Below, one piece after another: positions 1 through 13,940 of a stretch of 64,000 nt of DNA (position 1 is its first letter; each line of letters starts with the position of its first letter). This DNA is from Bugula neritina (lineage: Eukaryota; Animalia; Bryozoa), in contig OZ037765.1 of assembly GCA_964035545.1 (NCBI GenBank), positions 32,425,504 through 32,489,503 on the forward strand, written 5' to 3'. A program made the position numbers and the translations under genes. The notes under the pieces were generated by a model. The model was not told the origin of the DNA, searched no databases, and was given only the letters and a program-made list of their open reading frames with translations.

Positions 1-736
1 CATAGAGTACTTCTTTAAGTGCATACTTATTACTGTGTGTGTGTCTGTTTTTTATTTCTGTGTAAAATATAATAAAGCTAGTATCTTTACGATAGTACAA
101 GTGGCATGTTGCTGCGCTTCATCAACGACTTGCATAAAATTTGATATATATTGCATATAAATATATATTATATTACATATTATATATTATGTGCTATATA
201 TCTTATGTATTATTTGCTATATATTACATATTACTTACTATATACTATATAATACATTTTAATATTATGGACTATATATTATAACACATTATATGTTATT
301 TGCTATAGATTATATATGACTTATTATATACACTATAGATTACATAATATACATTATTTATTATAATATATCACACATTATATATTATGTACTACATATT
401 GTATATTATATATAATATAGTATATATGTTGTGTATCAAATATGATATAATGTACCTTGGTGGTATTATAGAAAAAAGTTTTAGTGGAGCTAACCGGTGA
501 AGGTCATTTAGTATCTCAATTTCTAATCAGATGCAAAAACACATTAACATAACCATAACCCGCGAGAACAGTTTGAAAGTCTTACAAATAAGCAGAACTT
601 TAATATATGCAGGATATGCAATTTCTGTTATAGCATTGAACTTATAATTAGTTCAACAACATATATATAATATATATATATTAAAGTTTCGTTGAAAGAC
701 ATGTTTGCTGTTTGAATTTGTATATGCAAAGCCTTA

Positions 737-799
737 GGGAAATCCCGTGAGCTCCTATTTATCTGAATTTTATTGTCAGTTCATATGAATATATAAATA
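737..799 (+). promoter_or_regulatory. Putative promoter of paralog 1: kappaB-consensus GGGAAATCCC (737-746) and TATA box TATAAATA (792-799)
   Basis: Exact match to GGGRNWYYCC; same motifs and spacing in paralog 2; followed by a candidate 5'UTR exon with a donor at 952. Confidence 0.5.
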
Positions 800-2055
800 T
801 TATCTTGCATGTCTCTCGACATTTTATTCTTATCTGTGAAAGTGAAGCTATGCAATATTCATCATTACATTATACATGATCAATAACATTATGTTATATA
901 TCATGTGTCACGCAGTACGTATCTTGCACAGTCTAGTGGGTTCATAACACGGTGGGTACAGGTTTAAATGTAGCAGTAAGGGTGCTTTGTGATAAAATTA
1001 TGTATATAACTGATATTATATTTTCATGGTATAGGATTGACAAATAAGTTTTATTATGTTAGATAGCTGAGTATAGCACAGATAGAGTAGAATTAGCTGT
1101 GTACAGGTTAAAATTATTAGCTATCCAGCTTTCATAGCTCTTTTTCTGAAAGCTTTTAAAGTTTTTTTTTCAGAAATTTTTTACAGCTTTTTCTCTAAAG
1201 GTTTGTATAGTAAAAGTTGTATAATACTTGAAACAACAGCAAGTAAAAACATGAGAAGAGTAATAGATCTTGCAAGTATGTATTTGAGAATTATGGCTGC
1301 ATGGAATAGCAGATTTAGCTATTTAAGTTTACATTCTATATCGATTGTGACTTTATAAATGTTATTAACTCTTTCACTTGTGTGCATTAATAAACATTTG
1401 CATTTTAAAAACAAAATTATTCATTTTAATGCCATTTGAATAAACTTCAACAGCTTAATTAATTATGACTAAAACTGAAAAAGATATAAAGATCTGAGCA
1501 GATTTTTGTGTTATCAAGTGACCATGTATATTCAAAATGAAAACATTTGAAATAGGATTTGATCTAGTGCTTATAAAATATGAATCCAAATGACATCTTT
1601 ATTATAGTTATATAATATATACTAAGGTTTATAAGAAATCTGTATAAATAAACTATCTTTTATCTTTTTGCAATGTGTTCAGGTATATACTTACTTACAC
1701 AGTCGCACTGTTTTAAAACTTTGAAAGTATAATGAATTGCATCTGAGTTATTACTCCCATAAACTGATTAGTATAACTCTTTTTTTTAGAACATTATATT
1801 TTATGAATACTATCTTTTTCAATTTGCTACTGTGCATTTATTTATAGCTAGTTTCTCCACTTGCTCCTTACAACACCTATCATAGATTTTACCAAAAGCT
1901 TTTAGGATATGATATTAAGTTGAAAATATTTTAATATATTGGATTACCTATAATAAGCTAAACTTTCTTTCTTGTTGCTGACATAACTGTTTTTGCTTTA
2001 TATTTTGTAGCAGATTTGTTTCTGTTTTAGTATATATCAGATCTTTAATGACATC

Positions 2056-5000
2056 ATGAAGGTAGTAGCAGTCTGCTGCGTATTGATATTTGGACTGAGT
2101 GTTATCAACAGTTCTCTATTCAACTCAACTTTCTACAGAAGACAGTATGTAGACTCAGACTATGACAAACCTGATGGAGCACAACTAATTCTCAGTAAAC
2201 TTTCAAACAGAGTAGTAAGTATCTGATGAAACATTAAACATTTTTTTCTTTTTTAGAATACTTTAAAATGCAGCAAGGAAAAAAAATACGTAAGACTTTA
2301 TTGTTTTATTTTTAAACTTCACTAAGTATTATTAAATATAAATATTATTTTAAATATGAAATGAGATTATAACAGCTACTCACACGAAAGCCACTTTGTG
2401 CTTCTTAGTAGTTATGTTGCATTTTATAATCATAGAGTAGAAATATACAAATATACATTGCATATTTCCGTAGCTATAAAATCATCAAACAATTATTATG
2501 TTTACAGCTAAGATGTGCAACGGAGTGCTTAGAAAATATAAACTGCCGGGTAGCAAAGTTTGACAACTCTGAATGTAGCCTGTATTCCATGACAAATGTA
2601 GCCTACAAGCTACCAAATGTCACGCAACTAAATTCCATCTCCAAATCAGAACATGTTTTGCTGTGGCAATGTAAGTTATAATCTATCTATTTAATTATGA
2701 TTCATTTTTCACTAATTTCCTCTATATTCAAGTTTAAAATATTTATTATATAGTTTTCCTACACTATTGCTATTCACATCTATAATATGCTACATCGTTT
2801 CTAAAAAATATCATTATAAAATATGAAAGCAAGAAAAAAGTTATTGATTTCCAAATTAACCAATTTATAATGCATGAGCTCCATTGAATACAGAGGTATA
2901 TAATCCTGATATATCATGGGTTCTATTATTTTTCTATGTCTTGTTGAAGGAAATCTGCTTTAATTTCAGATTATAATATTATGTTTAAGTCAATATAACT
3001 GCCCTCCCATATACAGCTGTTTTTAATCAACAGATCCAAAATGTTCTGAGTTGGAAGATGCCAGAGTTATACTGAATGTCTTCATAACTGATGGAAGGAA
3101 GAATAGTCCTAGTAGTAAGACAGTAGGTAATATAAATGATGGCATGAGCTGTTACCAGATGTGTTCTGCAGAGTATGGAGTAAACTGTGAATATGTGAGG
3201 TGAGAAAATACTGTAACATGGTTATTTATAAACTGACATTAATGCAGTCTATTCATTGTAAATAGCTGTTGCTATATGTTGCTATATTATTATGTTGCTG
3301 CGTTATTATATCCTTATAATATAATAGTATTATTTAATCATATTATCATTTAGTTATTGTTTCAAGTTGCTATATTTTCATATCAATATGTTATTGTATG
3401 ATGGTGTTTTAAATATGACCTTTATTATTATTAAATTTATTTATTGTAATCTATTATTAAATTTATTTATTGCAATTCATTTATTTATTAAGTGTTGACA
3501 TGTTAGGCTGTAATGAGATTTGTGTTGGAAAAAAATGCATAGTTATATTATCTGTAGCTTAAGGTTTCAACATATGTTGTGTTTTCATAAGTTTTACTTT
3601 GGATTATTGATTACTCAAGTTTGAAATGCCCTCAAGCCTTTGTCTAATGAAAAAACCTGAAAAAATTATATAATTTATGCTCCATATTCTACAAATTCTA
3701 CTAATAATTTCTATAGAACCGATTTCCATGACTTAATATACAGCCTGTACCTATATAAGTAGTTAAAAGTTAAGTAAGACTGAGAATATAGCAAGGAAGC
3801 ATACACATGAAGGTGCACCAAAAAGCATGAAAAAATTATGTAAGCACATATATGTACTGATTGCATGGTGTGTTTTGTGCTGATGTGATATCAATAGAAT
3901 GTGACACAGTTTCAGTCATTTCTCTCACGATTTTTCTTTAGTGTACAAAAAAGGGAATAAATAATTCAACAATTCTGGACTGCAATACTCTCAAGGGTTA
4001 TGGCATTTATTGGCCAATTATTGAAAATTTTAAGTGCAGATAGCATACTACAACTAAAATAGCTGTCCTTTGAAGACAGTTGCTATAAACATTTAAATAA
4101 ACAAAACATGATCATCTTCAAAAGAAAGTTGTCTCTATAGCATAGGAAGTTTTAATTTGAGTCTGAAATATAATGCCATATGAGACTTTTCTATATTTAC
4201 AGTTACAATCCAGAAACTAGGACATGTGTAATGAGCTCAGAGAGCTTCTACTCTAGTTGGACAGGAAGTGAAGAGGTTCATGGTGCTGTGTCTTGTTACA
4301 GACATCATGCAGGTATGAGAAACTTCTTACCAAGTAGATTTAAGTATAGATTGTCTGTTAGATTTATTTATCAAATTTTTCATGAAACACAAGCAAAAGA
4401 AGTTATATAATGCTGAAATTTTATCATAACTTTTTAACCATAATATGCAATTATAATATGAATGTATTATTTTCTCAACCACTATTTAACTCAATTTAGC
4501 TGATGCTGAAACATGAATTTATTTTCAACTCTCTTTATCCCTCTACTATTTGATATTGACTACCAGATGAATGGAAGACAGTCTACAGGAGACCAAAGTA
4601 TGTTTCTTCTGGTTACACTAATGAGGTGACTGGGCCATGGTTTGACAAATCCTACTATCATGAGGAAATCTCTGAGGATGAAGTGGTGGAGTCAGCAGGG
4701 GGTAGCATGACTATACTGAAGAGTGAGATGGTGGGGTTGTGGGAACATATGAACATATCCCAGGTTATAAGTTGGAAAATATCAAAGAAACTAATTGAAA
4801 CTCTTGTTTAATAGAAGGTTCTTTAATTGTCAACTATGCTTGCATGTATTAAGCAATTTTCATTTCCTTCTACAGGTGAGAGTGAGTCTCTATAAATCAG
4901 GAACAGAAGTGAAGTATCTACTATTTAATGGAGTAAACACCAACATAGAGACTTGGTATACTTTCTCTCTCTTAGCCAACTCATCTTGGAGTGACTTTAA

Positions 5001-8000
5001 GCCTGATTCCCCTCCTCCCCTTTACCTTGATTGGTGGTATGATTTTAGGTAAGTGAAAAGAGTTTAGATAGATAACTACACTAAACTTACTTAATTCTAC
5101 TTATTCACTGCTTAAAGTTAATTCAGTTTGAATTCTACAAGTCGAATTAGTAATAGGTAATCTACTTAATACTGCTGCTGACATGTTACTCAGTGAATTA
5201 CATATGTGTTATATCTACTTTACTTCCATGTTACTGTATAATGTGGCGTCCTAAATAAGCTTCACTACAGCCAAAAAGTGGAGATGAGAATTCGGCTCTG
5301 TCTTCAATTCATAAGCAGTAGCCCAAACAAAACCAGTAGCAGTATATTATATACTCAACGTACTAACAAAAAGCCTGTACTTCAACAAAACAGAGAAGCA
5401 ATTTTTAAAAGTAAGGCTGTACATTAATTTAGAGGAGGTTTTTCACCTACATAAAAATTACTCACATAGGTTCATTATATATATAGCCACCATTCTTGTG
5501 AGAACCTCTGATGAAAGGTATTAATTTGGAAGAAGACTAGGGATTTATTTAGATAGGGCACAGGAGAAATTATGACTTGATACTCTTTCTAACACCACTA
5601 ATGACCGTTACTGCCTGGGGTTCGAACCCATGATTTTGTGTTTACTAAGCTAAACGATATAATCCCTAGACCACGGCTGTTCTCCTTTTTCTTTCACATA
5701 TCTAACAGTTATAGAAACTATTTTAGGGGTGCAAAAAGCACGTCCAGAGATATGTATATTGCCAAGTCACAGACTGGCTGTAGCAATGATCTCTTTTGGA
5801 TTACTTTAATACAAAATCAGATTGATCCCTTCTGCAGTTATGAAAAAAACATTCCGTTATCTAATATCCCGAAATTATACTACGCTCCTGGAGACAGTGC
5901 TTCTACTGGATCAGGCAGTGAGTACATCCACTCCTTGAAAGTTGATTTTTGACACAAACCATTAATTTGGCTTGCATAACTTAGAAACTTGATAATTTAG
6001 TATAGTTTACCCTAACCGCAACATCATTTAACTGTTTTCTATCAGATTTCTTCTATTTTAATAAAAAATAAGATCTATACTGAATCTGCTTTTCATTTAG
6101 AAAAATAAATGCTATGCTATATAAGAGGTGAAAGCCCTGCTATAAATATAATTTATAGCATCATAAGCAAAAATAAATTAATATTCAAAAAAATTAAACT
6201 GCTATTCCCAGTTCATTTCAGACAAAAACTTGAGATTTACTAAATCCATCGAGAAAAATGTGTATAAACAAATATATATAAGAAGCAAAGAACAAAAGTA
6301 CTAATAAAGACATTTTAAACAACACACACACATATACACACAGACACACACACATATACACACACAGACAGACACAGACACACACACAACGCACAACACA
6401 GCACACACACACACACGGCACACAGCACATGCAGCACACAGCACACAGCACACAGCACACAGCACACAGCACACAGCACACAGCACACAGCACACAGCAC
6501 ACAGCACACAGCACACAGCACACAGCACACAGCACACAGCACACACACACACACATGCACACAGCACACACACAGCACACAGCACACAACACACAACACA
6601 CTCCATTATCAAATAGCAATTTAGAGTGAAATATAATTACGATATTTAAATTGTAAAACTCATCTCAAATACTGCTGTCTTATAACTCAATATCTCAGTA
6701 ATTTCCCACTATTTTGCTGACACACTATAAAAAATGTGATTTTATCATGAAAAATCTTTCTTTTATTAACTGAAACAGTTTTGTAGTCTGATTAATAAGA
6801 TTTTGTCTTCAATTAATTTTTAATACAAATAATAGTTTGTTGGAAATATTAAAGCAAAATACAGCAATGTGGGTTGTGATTGCAATTTATTCCATCAATT
6901 GAAGATAATTATATTTCTAGAAATCAACAAGCCTTTCTCTAAGTGTTATAATGGTATGCTTGATGGTGTGTGACAGGGTGGTGCTGACTTGTAATGTTTT
7001 ACAAGTTGATTTATTTGGTACAACTACTACACAGAGAGAAATATTAGTGCAGCTCGTGCACTAAAGTTGTTCGCAGCGCCTTTTATTGTCGTTATAGCCT
7101 GCACCACACCTCAAATAGTTGTTAGACCTGCACTTATTTTGATAAAATTGAAAATTCATCAGATTAGTGTAAGCTGAACAATATTTGGTTGTAGCTCTGA
7201 AACCACTTAGTTGTTCAGTCACCACTACTTTTCATCATTATTATGTAACCATCATCACTAGATCTGAATGAGGCTAACTGGTGATTGATGGGAGCAGAAA
7301 GTGAGATCAATGCTACAACTAAATATGTTTAAACAAAATTTTTATTTACATAAGAATCATGGAACCATTGGCAGTTGTTCACCTAACAACATTATTCGTT
7401 CACATGTGCACCAACGATGATCACAAAGCTTTATAGGAATTGCTAGGATAGAGTGCACACTCAAGTTGAACCCTACATTTGGGTCAATCCAAATAGTGCT
7501 TCCCAGTTGGATGCCATTTATACATTTTACGTGCAATTTATTTGAATACTATTGAAATATATGTATATTTAAATAAATTTAAAATATTTTCAAATAGCTT
7601 GCTACCAGACTGATATTAAACATTGCCCCACCCTGTTTATCAAAAACTAAGGCTGCAGTTGAATTTATTAACAAAGAAATTCCAACTGCACATATCTCTT
7701 CTATGGGCAGTTTAGGCTTCACTAGTCAATTCTATTCATGGAAAGGAAAGCCAACTAATTTAAAATGTGTGTAAAAGAGAGATCAGGAAGATGCACCATT
7801 AAACTCCCATGTACTCAGTTATTAGCAAATGTGTTTCAAACAAGAAGCCTAAAATTAACAATGAAACAAGCCACTGAATAGTCGGATCAGGCGAACCACT
7901 TCAAAAGCCTAAGTAAGTTGTGTAAGCTATCTGGTGGAACAAAAGAAAATGTTGCATAACAGAGCTATAGTACAGAAATATTTAAATTGTAATTCAATGG

Positions 8001-10894
8001 GGAGAACCTGGCTTACTGAGCAATGACAGAACATAGCAAACGTTATTACATAACAGCACATAGTTTTCAGTCAGGTCTATTGACAGAAGAAATATTCTGC
8101 CGGCATAGTGAACACCAGAAGCTCAGACTAAGAGGTTGTGCTTTGAGATTCAGTGAATTTGTGCTTCCAAACAACCTCACAACATAGAAGACATTGAATC
8201 ATTTAATCAGATGGGTAAAGATTGCAGTTACCTCTTAGAGATAGAAGATGATCACTTTCTTTCAGGGTTTGGAACTGAAGTTGTCATTGCAGCAAAAGGT
8301 AAGCTCAATCATTTGCTTAGTTGTCATTTGATATCACAATGACAGTATGACTATTGCTGTAGACAGTTAATTAATTTTGTGCAACTATAACTTTGAAGAC
8401 CACATTGACTGATATTTCCCAAACTACTCTATTCTTACAACAATTTGATTCGAGTTTTCCTGTAACCATCTATTTCCAAAAAATTAGCGTTTATTTCCAC
8501 TTCACCTTCTAGCAATTTGTGCTAAATTCACTAATTTGAAGTCCCCCCCCATTGTAGAAGTATTGTTAATAATGCAGTTAAGCAGCCTACAAGTAGTTAT
8601 CGGCCTTAAGCAGCTGCCAAGTTAGCTTCTTGTTTTATACTTTATAGCTAAGTACCAAAATGTCAAAATTAGTGGTGAGTTGGCAAAGTTGATAAATACA
8701 AAACATTTTTTATAAACTTCCGCACCACCAATTTATTCTTTTATTTATCTTTGCACAGCACAACTAAATATAAAAACATGTTTAAGTAGCAATATTTTTC
8801 TTGGTAGTACTTTATTTGTTGTTTAATTTATAGACATACTGAAACTTACCTGTTATCTCAATATGAGGGGTCTATATAAAATGCTGACTCTAGCTTAAAT
8901 TGTGGTTCTCTGACATTTTGAGATATTTTTGCAGAGAAGCTTCTATTAACTAAACTAATTATGCCCAACAGCTCTTGCATTTGTAATTAAGAAAGAAGTA
9001 AAATAAAATGATCCAAAATTGTTACTAAATTTTGATAAGCTCAAACTGACCCAAACACTACGCAACATAATGATCATAAGTTTGCCAAAGCCTGTACAGT
9101 TATTCAGTTATTATGATGACACTGAAATTATGCTGAGAGATTTATAGCTAGCGTTGTTGATACTATTAGTTTTGGCCTTAGACTTCAGCTTCTACAAAGT
9201 TGAACTTAATTTATTTACGTTGCTTGTGTTGTATATCTTAACGCATTTTTACTGTTCATACTAATACAAGTTTTAATTTTAAACAACTTTTATCTTTTGT
9301 TGTAGATCCCATAACATTTTTCAAGAACATGCACTTAAAGATGCTGAATAGGAGCACAAAAAAGAATTTGACCGCCACAGAACTTTGAATCATGCTGAGA
9401 CTTTCAGCCTGCAAGCAGACGCACTCACCACTACATTACAAGCTTCACTGGGTGCTCTCCACACTACACCTCACCCACTTCTCAAGAACCCAGCTGCCCT
9501 TTTTATACTACTCCTTCAGGCTTCCCTGGCCACTCAACTCCTCTTGGAGTACTACCACACTTTACTAACTGCTGGAATTAGTTATACAACTTCCCCCTCC
9601 CCCCTCCCGTACTTGGGTTACTATCACGGACCTCGGACTTGCACACAGGTGTGTTAACCATTACACACCACAACTGCTTGTTTATCGCTACACTACAGAG
9701 CAAGAATGTAATGACAGACACTATGGTCTTAGCAGGTTCTGCTAATATTGAGAAAAGTTAACTGAATTTAAAGTCGTAGAAAAATTCTGCAAATGTTCAT
9801 TTTCATGTTTTTTTCTTATTTTAATTTTTAAAAGTTATTTTTTTTGCATTTCTTATATTCAACTATTATATACAATAAAATCCACATTACTATACTCTCA
9901 TACTGGTTAGAAGTTATATTAAGTTAGTTCAGAATGATCAGAAATAATTTTTTGCAGAAGCTTATTTCCAACAAACATTAGAGCAGCATGGAACATTTAT
10001 AAGTTCAGCATTGAATATAAGTTAGTAAAACATTGAGCATAACTAAGATCACCATTGAACATAAATAAGATTATCATTAAACATATATAATATCACTATT
10101 GAGAATAAATAAGATCACCGTTGAACATATATAAGCTCACCATTGAACATATATAAGATCAACACTGAACATATATTAGATAACCACTGAACATATATTA
10201 GATAACCACTGAACTTATATTAGATCACTATTGAACATAACTTGGCTCATTGTGATAAATACAAAGAATCAACTTCACAACTCTTTATATCACCATTGAT
10301 CTAACATACTATTCACTGTGAACAGTACCTGACACTAATTTCTATTCACTGCTGGTCAATTTAGGGATCCAAAAAACGAGAGGTTTTAGTTGTCAGCTAA
10401 TGTTCACTCTAACACTAATATTTCTCTCTGTGTATGAATATAAAATGATAATAACACCTTAATTGGAATCTAGCAACTAAATATTAACTAACTCTTTAGC
10501 AATAACTACACAAACATTATATATAGATGCTGACTATGACAATAATAAGGAAATGCATGATTCACATAGAAGTCATATATCTACTAATTATAGCTAATAA
10601 GATGCAAACTCTATGTGACATTATAACACTGAGAAAACTATATGCTTCAGTTTTGTGTTAAATACTTTACCAGTAAACATAAAACACATCTTACACTATA
10701 ACGAAACTCACAGTTTTATTGCATATGCTTATAGCTTGCACTTACATAGGCTATCAGTAGATTTTCTTTATATGAAGAGCTTTTTTCTAATGGGCCTAGA
10801 AGCTGCAGTTATGGTTTCCAACAACTTTATTTCTATTGTATACTTTGTAGTGCAAGAAGCTGATTATGTCGTATTTTGGGTGTCTTTCCTCTGA
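2056..10894 (+). CDS. Secreted PAN/Apple x2 + unnamed C-terminal domain protein, paralog 1 (400 aa, 8 coding exons)
   Basis: Exons 2056-2214, 2508-2670, 3034-3199, 4203-4312, 4567-4763, 4876-5048, 5727-5917, 10851-10894; all GT-AG, phases consistent, total 1203 nt. Signal peptide MKVVAVCCVLIFGLSVINS; PAN-like Cys patterns CATEC-x5-C-x9-CSL and CYQMC-x6-C-x11-CVM. C-terminal domain WKTVYRRPKY...VRVSLYKSG.EVKYLLFNG...SSWSD...GC..D..W...C.YE...EADY. Confidence 0.85.
5490..5682 (-). mobile_element. tRNA-derived SINE copy
   Basis: Homologous to 23300-23505, 30310-30525, 49564-49770 and 55590-55789; minus-strand head with A box (GTGGTCTAGGG) and B box (GGTTCGAACCC). Confidence 0.75.
6319..6600. 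repeat. (CA)n / (CACAGCA)n microsatellite
   Basis: Direct reading; source of the spurious Cys/Val-rich ORFs. Confidence 0.95.
10020..10240. repeat. ~21-bp minisatellite (accattgaacatatataagatc-like)
   Basis: About 10 degenerate tandem units. Confidence 0.85.
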
Positions 10895-12143
10895 TATGGA
10901 AATCGTCACAAAGAATAAAATTTGCACCTATTTAAAAGCAGAAATTTGCTTTGAAACTTTTATGGTTTTGCTATGACTTGCTATACATAAGTCTTTTTGT
11001 TTTTTGATGATTTCTAAGTTTGGTTAACTAAATACCTTAAATATTTATCTAAATGTAATACTATTAAACCACTAAGTTTTACAAAATAATTGTAAAGCTA
11101 TCAACTATATTTCTAGCTTATGGCACAAAATGTATGACAAATTATTGGTGATATATAGCTAGCTTTGTTATGTTAATCAAGCAAGTTTTTAATATATGAA
11201 TCAATACTTGTTATAATAAACCTATAATATTAGAGTATATAATATGATATGGTTAATATATTATACAGGAAAAGCTTCAACAATTTTAGTAAATACTTTT
11301 GAAAATAAAGTACTGTTTCATGAAGCAATGTATGCTTTGTCTCTTCAGTCGTTATACTATACCAAACTCTTTATATCTCTTGTAATCAATAATCATAAAT
11401 TCAGCTTTTATTAAACTTTTAGAATAGAAAAGTCCTCAATAGGGTGAAAGCTTATAGCAAAATAACTGAAGTGGGTCATTCATTCTCTTACTGTAACTTT
11501 TTTGAAAAATATCTGAATCTTTAATGCAGCAGAAACATTGAAAAAACTTTTCATTGACTTTAGTCTATAACACTGTTTGAAATTTTTTTTGTTATTATGG
11601 GCATAGAATTTTCATAAATTTGATAAATAAATTGGGACTATTGGAGAAGCAAAATTGTTGTGCATACTTCTGTGGCATCTCATGTATATTAACAACATAG
11701 GCTTCTATAAAAAATAATATAATATGCAGTATATAAAAATACTACCTATAATGATATAAATTATATACATATAATATGATATATATTACACATAATTATA
11801 TAGTCTCAAAAAAATATTACCAACAAGAATATTATATAGATACTAAAAATACTAAAGATACAAATTAAGCAAATGGTTATATATAACAATTATTGGAACA
11901 AACATATTCTGCATTAACATATTTTTGTTGACCCAAAGCATTTATGGGCAAAGAAAGCACATAATTTTACTAAATTGGACTGCGTACATGCTAATATAAA
12001 CTTTAAATAGTCTTTTTAGTAATAGTTTGGGAATATTTGATGAGTGTTTGAACAAATGGAAGCTTTTGTATGATTTCTGTTGCTTATAATATTATTATAA
12101 TAATAATATTATATATATCCTGCTACCCTAACAGGACAAAGCA

Positions 12144-12453
<310 letters not shown>

Positions 12454-12700
12454 CAAATGTATTTCTAGAAACCACAACACATTTTTCCATTGCTACTAAA
12501 GTTAAAAGAATGACTTTTATGAGCGCCAATACTAGTACCAGGCTAAATGAAAAGAGTTGATAACTCCAAAGGTAAGCATTAACAGCACCGTACTTGGTTA
12601 AATCTTAAAATGTTAAAATCTCAGAACCTGCATGTATTTTATAACCGATGAGAGCTAACAGCCATCCAATCCTATGAATCATGTTTTACCTACAAAATAA

Positions 12701-12860
12701 AAAACTAGCGAAAGTTTATAGTCGCTTCCTCTGTGAGAAACTTTTGATAGACAAGTTTTTTTAAAGAAGGCTAAGTACTTACTCAGATGTGACACAGGAG
12801 CAATTATAACTGAATGCTCTTCCTAACATTACCTTAATGGCCTTTATTGGGATTTGATTC
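12701..12860 (-). mobile_element. 5'-truncated tRNA-derived SINE copy
   Basis: Shares the body gtttatagtc...gtgagaaac...cacaggagcaattat...gctcttcctaacat with the other copies. Confidence 0.7.
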
Positions 12861-13139
12861 AAATTAAAAAAACAACAGAAGTTTGTCAGCAAAAAGCTCA
12901 TTTACATGCAATAATATATTTGTTATTGTTGCTTGGATATTATTTTTTGCTAAATTATGAAGTTGTGTTCTAATACAACATATAATTTTAGAAAGTTAGA
13001 AAACATACTGTTTAGCTGTCATCAGTTAAATAATTTTTTATAACTACTTCATTTTTTGTAGTACAACTTTTTAATGCTAGGTAAATAATCAACTTATTCT
13101 ATTATAATTTTTAGTTTGCAATCCATTTTTGATGAGGGT

Positions 13140-13847
13140 ACAAATAAGTATTGCATAGCAAGAAAATATATGTTCTTTTACTTTACTAGTATATGTAAAA
13201 CTTTTAGTTTTTAGCATTTTTTAATCTAGAAACTTTATTGTTTTATTGGCTTTTCAATCTTTTTTAAGATTATCATCACTGACCGATAAAGTTTTGATGA
13301 AATTAGTATAAGAAGATAATGTGCAGCCTAGAAATAATGACTGAAAAAATATTTTGATTATTATATAAAATATTACTTTTGGAGTTTAAAATTATACATC
13401 AAATTTTATATCTAATACTTGAAACTAGGAGCATATAAGCTTAAATATAATATATATTTTATATTGCCACTGCATCTAATTATTTTTGCTTTTTCTTCAT
13501 TACAAATAACAATGACTTTTCACCATAATGAGGGTATTTCCCAAACCCAAAACCTGGGTATTTTCCCAAATTGTTTTGTAGTCCAATTAATTAGAGGAGA
13601 AATTTCTATTTATAGAAGCTTCTTTACTATATTCAAATATAGCAAACAATCAGACGTAAAGCTAAATAATTTATTGTATGCTTTACGTTATTTTACTTTA
13701 CTTTTTCATACTCTAAAAGTGATAGAACTGTTTAGATATGATTTCCTTTATATTTCATCAAGCAATGGAGGAACATGCATGTATTATTACTCTTATTTTA
13801 AAGTTGAAGAAGCTGACTATATGCTTATATATGTTTCTTTCCTCTGA
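13140..13847 (+). pseudogene. Relic of a fourth paralog: paralog-3-like intron-1 sequence followed by an orphan intact terminal exon (13804-13847, EEADYMLIYVSFL*)
   Basis: 13530-13570 (gggtatttcccaaacccaaaacctgggtattttccc) aligns with 29480-29515 in paralog 3 intron 1. The 44-nt exon after ttttaaag matches the terminal exons of the three intact copies in length, phase and sequence. Confidence 0.65.
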
Positions 13848-13870
13848 AATATGATCAGCACTTTATGTGA

Positions 13871-13940
13871 CACACCTGGGCACACCTGGGCATACCTGGG
13901 CACACCTGAGCATACCTGGGCATACCTGGATGTACCTGAG
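13871..13940. repeat. 10-bp tandem repeat (CAYACCTGGG)n
   Basis: About 7 units. Confidence 0.9.

Noticed and set aside
6218-6629. Cys/Val-rich and His/Thr-rich ORFs resembling metallothionein or keratin-associated proteins
   Set aside because: Translations of the (CACAGCA)n microsatellite inside an intron.
9385-9657. 90-aa ORF in paralog 1 intron 7
   Set aside because: Non-ATG start, no recognisable motif, lies inside a copy-specific repeat-like insertion.
10020-10240. Regularly spaced repeats (also 37697-37968, 46470-46650, 53801-53965) as a possible CRISPR array
   Set aside because: Head-to-tail minisatellites with no unique spacers, in a eukaryotic context.
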